Made by a program: the position numbers and the translations under genes. Of a stretch of 64,000 nucleotides of DNA, positions 58,805 through 64,000 are shown piece after piece. The number at the start of each line of letters is the position of its first letter. Position 1 is the stretch's first letter. Under the pieces are notes generated by a model. The model had not been told where the DNA came from. It ran no database searches and worked only from the letters and a program-made list of their open reading frames with translations. Origin of the DNA: Nitrosopumilus sp. (GTDB taxonomy: Bacteria > Desulfobacterota > Binatia > UBA1149 > SPBQ01); assembly GCA_964225545.1 (NCBI GenBank), contig CAXQPB010000185.1, positions 1,781 through 65,780 on the forward strand, in the 5' to 3' direction.

Positions 58805-60520
58805 CTACATCGGAACTTTGATCACCTGGCCGTAGCGCAGCTTGCGCGGGTCGCTGATCCCGTTGTACCGCTGCAACGATCTCACGGTCGTCCGGTACAG
58901 CCTGGCAATGTGAGAAAGGGTCTGGCCACGACCGACCCGGTGCACATGATACCCGCTCCCCGACGCCGCTGCCGCGCTTCCGCTGGGGATACTGAGCAAT
59001 TGTCCCGGCCGCAGAGCCCGCGGATCCGTGATCGAGTTGTGCCTCTGCAGGGCAACGACGCTCACTCCGTAACGACGGGCGATGTGCGACAGTGTCTGCC
59101 CACGAGCCACGCGGTGCGACGCAGGGACAACGCCCGGCGTCCGCTGAGCGACCGTCGAGGCCGCTGCCGTACCTGCGACCGGCACGCTGATGGTCTGGCC
59201 CGCTCGCAGTCTGCGTGGATCGCTGATGCCGTTATGCGCCTTCAGGGCGCCGACCGATGTACGATACAGGGTCGCGATCTCCGAGAGCGTCTGTCCGTGC
59301 TGCACCCGGTGACGGGCGTAGTAATTGCGCTGAGCGGCGTACCGGTCGCCGGCCGGCAGCGCGGCGTAGCGCTCACCGAACGCGACCGCCGTTCCTGCAG
59401 GGATATTCAGCCGGTACCCCCTGGGCACGTAGAGCCGGCCGTTTGTCACATCCGGTTTGAGCGCCGGGTTCATCGCGGAAAGCGTCCCTGTATCGACCCC
59501 TGCACACGTTGCCAGTGTGGACAGCGGCGTGTAGTGCTCGACCTTGACCTTCTCCGGTAGCGGTTCAGGCTTTTTCGCGACGCCGCAGTATTTCTCGGAT
59601 TCCGCCATCACATCATGTGCGGCGAGAAACTCCGCATAAAAGTTCCGTGACGCGAACCCGAAGGTTCGGCTTTTGTACTTTGCAACGATGGTCGCGAGAT
59701 TGTTCGTGTTCAGCTTCCGCGCGGCATAGGCCATTCCGTTGGCCCCGTGATTGTACGCCGTGATCGCGAGAGGCCAGCTCTTGAGCCTGTCGTAGTTCTC
59801 GCGCAGGTATTTTGCCGCAGCCTCGGTCGCCAGAATCGAGTCCGCGCGCTCATCCACGACGTGGTCGATGTGGAGGAATCGACGACCGGTTCCGCGTGTG
59901 AACTGCCACATCCCCACAGCGCCCACATGAGAGTGCGCCGCGTTGCGGTAGGAAGATTCGACAAGCGGGAGGGCCGCCAGCCCGACCGGGACCTTTTCGG
60001 CACGAAGGATCTCGCGCATACGCGGCAGTAACGGCGTCGCTCGTTCTACCGCCCCGCACAGTTCGTCCGCCAGACCCCGCTGCGCGCGCACTCGAGACGC
60101 GAGCGTGGAGGCAGACGGAACATCGGACCCGCCTCGCAGGATAGCAGCGGCGATTCGGCGTTCCTCGTCGCTGCGCGGAACGCCCTTGCCCAGGCGGCGG
60201 ATGATTGTCCCGAGGCGTGACGCCTCACGGCTCATGTAATCGCGAACCGCCCGTTGTTTTCGGGCCTCACTCAGATTGCCGTCGACGATGTTGGTAATGT
60301 CACCAACGGAGTACACGACGTCGAGGTGGTAGGGATCGTGAAACACGATCTGACGCCGGCTGTACTTGGCAAAAACATCACGCCAGAAGTCCACCGCCGG
60401 CTCCAGTTCCGGATAGCGGATGAACGGTGTCGATGAGTCGACCGGCGCCGCGCCGGCGACCGGCACCGACAAGGGCAGGAAAAGGACGGCCATCAAGCCC
60501 AGTGTCGCTCTCATCCGCAT
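58805..60520 (-). CDS. mltD: Membrane-bound lytic murein transglycosylase D-like (SLT domain + 3-4 LysM)
   Basis: Signal MRMRATLGLMAVLFLPLSVPVAGAAP. SLT catalytic block LPLVESSYRNAAHSHVGAVGMWQF. Three clear C-terminal LysM modules (HRVxxGQTLSxIAxxY...). Confidence 0.9.
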   Translation of the reverse strand: MRMRATLGLMAVLFLPLSVPVAGAAPVDSSTPFIRYPELEPAVDFWRDVFAKYSRRQIVFHDPYHLDVVYSVGDITNIVDGNLSEARKQRAVRDYMSREASRLGTIIRRLGKGVPRSDEERRIAAAILRGGSDVPSASTLASRVRAQRGLADELCGAVERATPLLPRMREILRAEKVPVGLAALPLVESSYRNAAHSHVGAVGMWQFTRGTGRRFLHIDHVVDERADSILATEAAAKYLRENYDRLKSWPLAITAYNHGANGMAYAARKLNTNNLATIVAKYKSRTFGFASRNFYAEFLAAHDVMAESEKYCGVAKKPEPLPEKVKVEHYTPLSTLATCAGVDTGTLSAMNPALKPDVTNGRLYVPRGYRLNIPAGTAVAFGERYAALPAGDRYAAQRNYYARHRVQHGQTLSEIATLYRTSVGALKAHNGISDPRRLRAGQTISVPVAGTAAASTVAQRTPGVVPASHRVARGQTLSHIARRYGVSVVALQRHNSITDPRALRPGQLLSIPSGSAAAASGSGYHVHRVGRGQTLSHIARLYRTTVRSLQRYNGISDPRKLRYGQVIKVPM

Positions 60521-62136
60521 ACAGGCATCTCCTCCGAAACAGGCTAAACTCTGAGATTATCAGAGCTTCGGTCGGACTTCTATGCTGCGGACTTCTTGTC
60601 ACGGCGTGTCATGCCCCCCGCTGCGGGGATGACGCCACGCGGACTGCCGCGATCAAGAGCCGCAATTCGGCGATGCTGCGCGTTGCGTTCGAGACAATGC
60701 CGGCACGTCTCGACCCGCGCTTTGCAGTCGACGCCTATGCTTCTCGTGTCGCGTCCCTCGTGCATGTATCCCTCGTGCGCAGCGGGGGGGATGGCAGCTA
60801 TGTCCCGTATCTCGCTGAGTCGTGGCTTTGCCCTGACGATTCCCGCTGCCGCTTTCGACTGCGGAAAGATCTGACCTTTCACGATGGACGGCCGATTACC
60901 GCCGGAGATGTGAAGGCGACCTACGAGGCGATCCTTGATCCGGCGCTGGGATCGCCACGCCGCGGGATGCTGGCGAGCATCGCCGGCATCGAAACGCCCG
61001 ACCCGCATACCGTGATCTTCGTCCTGAACCGGCGCGATGCCGCGTTCATGGAAGCTGCTACGCTGGCGATCCTTCCGGCCAATCAGGCGGCAGAGAGGGA
61101 AATCGAGCCGCTCGAGCTGATGGGCAGCGGCCCGTACCGCCTGTTGTCTCTCCACCCCGGCGAGCGGGCGGTTCTGGAGGCCTACTCCGACTTTGTACCG
61201 CACGCGCCCGAAATATCCCGAATCGAGCTTCGGTCTGTACCAGACGGCACGATGAGAGCGCTCGAGCTCGTCGCGGGCGAGGTCGATCTCGTGCAGAACG
61301 CGATCGACCCCGACACCATCGCGTGGCTCGAACGCTGCGCCCCGCATCTTACCGTAACGCGGAGCGCGTCGAGCAACTTCCAATACCTCGGAATGAATCT
61401 CGCGCATCCGGTCTTGTCGGACATTCGTGTCCGGCGGGCGATTGCGTACGCGATCGATCGCGAGGCGATCGTCGAGAATCTGCTCGTCTCGCAGGCGGCG
61501 ACAGCCACTGGGTTGCTGCCGCCGGATCACTGGGCTTACAGCGGCCGCGTTCGCGATTACCCCTACGACCCGGAACGAGCGCGACGCCTGCTCGATGAGG
61601 CCGGCCTGTTCGATCCCGACGGCGACGGCCCCGAGCCGCGCATCACGCTCAGCTACAAGACAACGACGGTCGAGCTGCGCCGGCGAATCGCCGAGGCGAT
61701 CGCTTCTCAACTCGAGGCCGTCGGGATCCGCCTGGAGATCCTCAGCTACGAGTGGGGCACCTTCTTCGAAGACATCCGGACAGGGAATTTTCAGATCTAC
61801 TCCCTTCAGTGGGTGGGAATTGTCGAACCGGATATCTACAGGCAGGTGTTTCACTCACGCATGACACCTCCTCGAGGGAATAACCGCGGCCGATACCGTG
61901 ACGAACAAATGGACACACTGACGGAGCGGGGGGCGCGCACGACCGCCCACGGAAGGCGGAAGCGAATCTACGGGCGTGTGCAGCGCCGAGCGGCGAACAC
62001 CCTGCCCTACATTCCGCTGTGGTGGCCACAACGGATCGTAATCGCTGCCGACCACCTGAAAGGATTCAAACCGCATCCGGCCGGCGACCTGCATGGGCTC
62101 GCCGCAGCGAGCCTTGTCACGGCGCACTCGGACTGA
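60427..62136 (+). CDS. ABC transporter substrate-binding protein, family 5 (peptide/nickel type)
   Basis: LRVAFETMPARLDP..., LAESW...LRKDLTFHDGRPITAGDV, and a lipobox-like LLVTAC. Start unresolved: the ATG at 60427 overlaps the divergent mltD by 94 nt, and there is no canonical start downstream before the signal peptide. Confidence 0.8.
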   Translation: MSMSRPAPRRRPAPTRAGKGRPSSPVSLSSAYRHLLRNRLNSEIIRASVGLLCCGLLVTACHAPRCGDDATRTAAIKSRNSAMLRVAFETMPARLDPRFAVDAYASRVASLVHVSLVRSGGDGSYVPYLAESWLCPDDSRCRFRLRKDLTFHDGRPITAGDVKATYEAILDPALGSPRRGMLASIAGIETPDPHTVIFVLNRRDAAFMEAATLAILPANQAAEREIEPLELMGSGPYRLLSLHPGERAVLEAYSDFVPHAPEISRIELRSVPDGTMRALELVAGEVDLVQNAIDPDTIAWLERCAPHLTVTRSASSNFQYLGMNLAHPVLSDIRVRRAIAYAIDREAIVENLLVSQAATATGLLPPDHWAYSGRVRDYPYDPERARRLLDEAGLFDPDGDGPEPRITLSYKTTTVELRRRIAEAIASQLEAVGIRLEILSYEWGTFFEDIRTGNFQIYSLQWVGIVEPDIYRQVFHSRMTPPRGNNRGRYRDEQMDTLTERGARTTAHGRRKRIYGRVQRRAANTLPYIPLWWPQRIVIAADHLKGFKPHPAGDLHGLAAASLVTAHSD

Positions 62137-62174
62137 CAGCTCGGCGCGCGAGGCCCGCCAGCCGCGCTTTCGGT

Positions 62175-63551
62175 TCAGGATCGCTGTGGAACGCTCGCGG
62201 TCCCCAGGCCCGCAATGTCCTCGAGTGTGACCTCCTCGAGCGCCGCATTGCGGGCACGGTCCGCGGTCACCAGAAGATCCCGGACACCTGCCTCGATCGA
62301 CCCCGGCTCGAACTCGAAACTCTCGGACATGCCCCCGCGCAACACTTCGAGAACGCGCGCGACCGGGATTCGGCCCGGCGCGATTGACAGGTAGCAGAGC
62401 TCTCCCTGCTCACCGGCGAGATGGGTCAGACCCGCATCAGACAGATCGACGACGAGTTCACGGACCAGTCGCGGCGAAAGCTCGAGGTCGTCCGCGAGAT
62501 CGCTCAAATGTGCTGCCGGGCGCCGCCCCAGCGCCGCCGCCGCGAGTTCAGCGGCCAGACGCAATCCGGCCAGCTCGCGAATCGTGCTGCCGCGCGCCCG
62601 CACAGACGCGAGGCGGTCACGGCGGTACCCGCGAACGTTCTGAACGGCGAACGCCACCTCGGCACCGAGCAGGACGATCACCCAGCTCACGTAAACCCAC
62701 GCCATCAACAACGGCAATTGAGCCAGCGCGCCGTAAATCGCGTTGTAATTGGCCATGCCGATCTGAAACCGGATATAGGCCCACTGCGTGACCTGCCAGA
62801 CGAAGCCGGCGGCCACACCTCCGACCAGAGCCGGCACCAGCCGAACACGCGTGTTCGGTATGAACAGGTAGAGAATCGCGAACAGCAACCAGACCAGGGC
62901 CTGCGCCGTATAGCTCATCGTACGCTCGATGGCGGGCCCGACGCCCCACAGTTCGGCGAGATGCTGCATGATTGCGCTGCTCTGAACGGCTGCGGTCAGA
63001 CTCGTCGCCGCGGCGAGCAACACCGGCGCGATTACCATCAGGCCGAAATAGTCGACGACCCGCCGCAGAACCGGCCGCGGCTGCACGTTCCCCCAGATCG
63101 CGTTGAACGAGCCCTCGATATTCGTCAGCACCGAGATGAATGTGAAGAACAGCACCGATCCGCCGAGTACCCCCAGACCGGCGAAGTTCGTGTTGTCGAC
63201 GTAACTGACGACCGTCTGAATCGCCTCCGGTGACAGGATCGTGGCTTTCTCGAGAATCAGCTCTTCGAGTCGGTCACCGCGCCAGCCAAGCCCTCTGAGC
63301 ACGGCGAAACCGAGTGCGAATACCGGCACGAGCCCCATCAGCGAGGCAAACGTCAGCGCCGATGACCGCAGCATGATGCGGTCGGCGAAAAAACCCTCGA
63401 TCGTGATGAACGCGACCCGCCCGACTTGAACGAGACCGCGACCGAAGTAAGAGGCTCCGCCGGCACCGGCAACCCACAGCTCCTCGAACACGAGCCGCCC
63501 GAGCCGCTCCGCTCCCCGGAAGATCGAACCGGTCTTCGTTTCGTTACTCAT
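62175..63551 (-). CDS. YihY/BrkB-family inner-membrane protein with a C-terminal winged-helix-like extension
   Basis: 458 aa. Six-TM YihY core (ALTFASLMGLVPVFAL...YGALAQLPLLMAWVYVSWVIVLLGAE), then about 150 soluble residues (HLSDLADDLELSPRLVRELVVDLSDAGL). Confidence 0.75.
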   Translation of the reverse strand: MSNETKTGSIFRGAERLGRLVFEELWVAGAGGASYFGRGLVQVGRVAFITIEGFFADRIMLRSSALTFASLMGLVPVFALGFAVLRGLGWRGDRLEELILEKATILSPEAIQTVVSYVDNTNFAGLGVLGGSVLFFTFISVLTNIEGSFNAIWGNVQPRPVLRRVVDYFGLMVIAPVLLAAATSLTAAVQSSAIMQHLAELWGVGPAIERTMSYTAQALVWLLFAILYLFIPNTRVRLVPALVGGVAAGFVWQVTQWAYIRFQIGMANYNAIYGALAQLPLLMAWVYVSWVIVLLGAEVAFAVQNVRGYRRDRLASVRARGSTIRELAGLRLAAELAAAALGRRPAAHLSDLADDLELSPRLVRELVVDLSDAGLTHLAGEQGELCYLSIAPGRIPVARVLEVLRGGMSESFEFEPGSIEAGVRDLLVTADRARNAALEEVTLEDIAGLGTASVPQRS

Positions 63552-63660
63552 GGTCTGAAAAAACGTGTGCGGAGGCCGTTACCGACGGCGTGCAGCGCGA
63601 CGAGAACTCTCATAGTCTCAGGGAACGGCTCTCGAAGCGAGAAGGCGCAGGACAATTCGG

Positions 63661-64000
63661 TTGGGCTCGTATGTCAGACGAAGGCTCGCGATGCTTGCAC
63701 CCACCGTGCTCGGCGTCGCGACGCTGGTATTTCTGCTGCTCAGCCTGCTGCCCGGCGATCCCGTCGAGGTCATGCTGGGCGAGACTGCCACCCCCGCAGA
63801 CCGCGCCGCGCTGCGACGCTCCCTTGGGCTCGACCGCGCTGTTTCCGACCGCTACCTCTCGTTTCTCGGCGATCTCCTGCGGTTCGACCTCGGCAACTCG
63901 ATCCACACCGGCAGACCCGTCAGCGAGCTTGTCGGCCTTCACTTTCCCGCAACGGCAGCTCTGACACTCGCGGCTCTCGTTACAGCGATCGCGATCGCGC
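63661..64000 (+). CDS. ABC transporter permease, DppB/OppB family; truncated by the window end
   Basis: Not in the ORF track because it has no stop. My translation from TTG 63661: (M)GSYVRRRLAMLAPTVLGVATLVFLLLSLLPGDPVEVMLGETATPADRAALRRSLGLDRAVSDRYLSFLGDLLRFDLGNSIHTGRPVSELV, the classic N-terminal signature. ATG 63691 is an alternative start. Confidence 0.8.
   Translation, partial: MGSYVRRRLAMLAPTVLGVATLVFLLLSLLPGDPVEVMLGETATPADRAALRRSLGLDRAVSDRYLSFLGDLLRFDLGNSIHTGRPVSELVGLHFPATAALTLAALVTAIAIA

Noticed and set aside
58805-59330. Three roughly 135-bp similar segments at the 3' end of mltD
   Set aside because: They are explained by three LysM protein modules. This is diverged domain duplication, not a DNA-level repeat element.

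Overview
GC-rich, tightly packed chromosomal segment from a diderm bacterium (Lol, BamD, LpxC, RlpA and T2SS genes are present). The lineage cannot be fixed from sequence alone. All calls come from reading the supplied translations and the DNA by eye; no database search was run. The window holds about 65 genes: a partial lolC/E-lysS pair, a complete 12-gene type II secretion cluster (gspC to gspN, 2.9-15.3 kb), a receiver-domain::LpxC fusion, yebC-ruvCAB, rlpA, a DUF2064/HAD/cutA operon, rplU-rpmA-obg-proBA-nadD-rsfS, a LapA/LapB-like fusion, two ArsA/Get3-like ATPases, bamD, a PTP-like phosphatase, an ECF sigma/anti-sigma operon, polA, a GldA/F/G-like ABC system with a DUF4340 protein, hisC, a BepA-like protease, a hem cluster (hemX-like, hemA, hemC, cobA-hemD, hemB), mltD, a peptide-type ABC binding protein and permease, and yihY. 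I found no rRNA, tRNA, CRISPR array, transposase or integrase. The most interesting region is 33.5-40.8 kb. It carries a SAM-I riboswitch with a terminator, followed by an operon that combines a MoaD/ThiS-type sulfur carrier ending in GGA, an E1-like activator lacking its N-terminal RYxRQ segment, a separate degenerate E1 that keeps that segment, a ThrC-like and a CysM-like PLP enzyme, a NIL-domain protein, a CX8CX2C radical-SAM-like protein and a DASS transporter. The second lead is LpxC fused to an apparently functional response-regulator receiver. Many long ORFs in the track are antisense shadows typical of high-GC DNA and were rejected.
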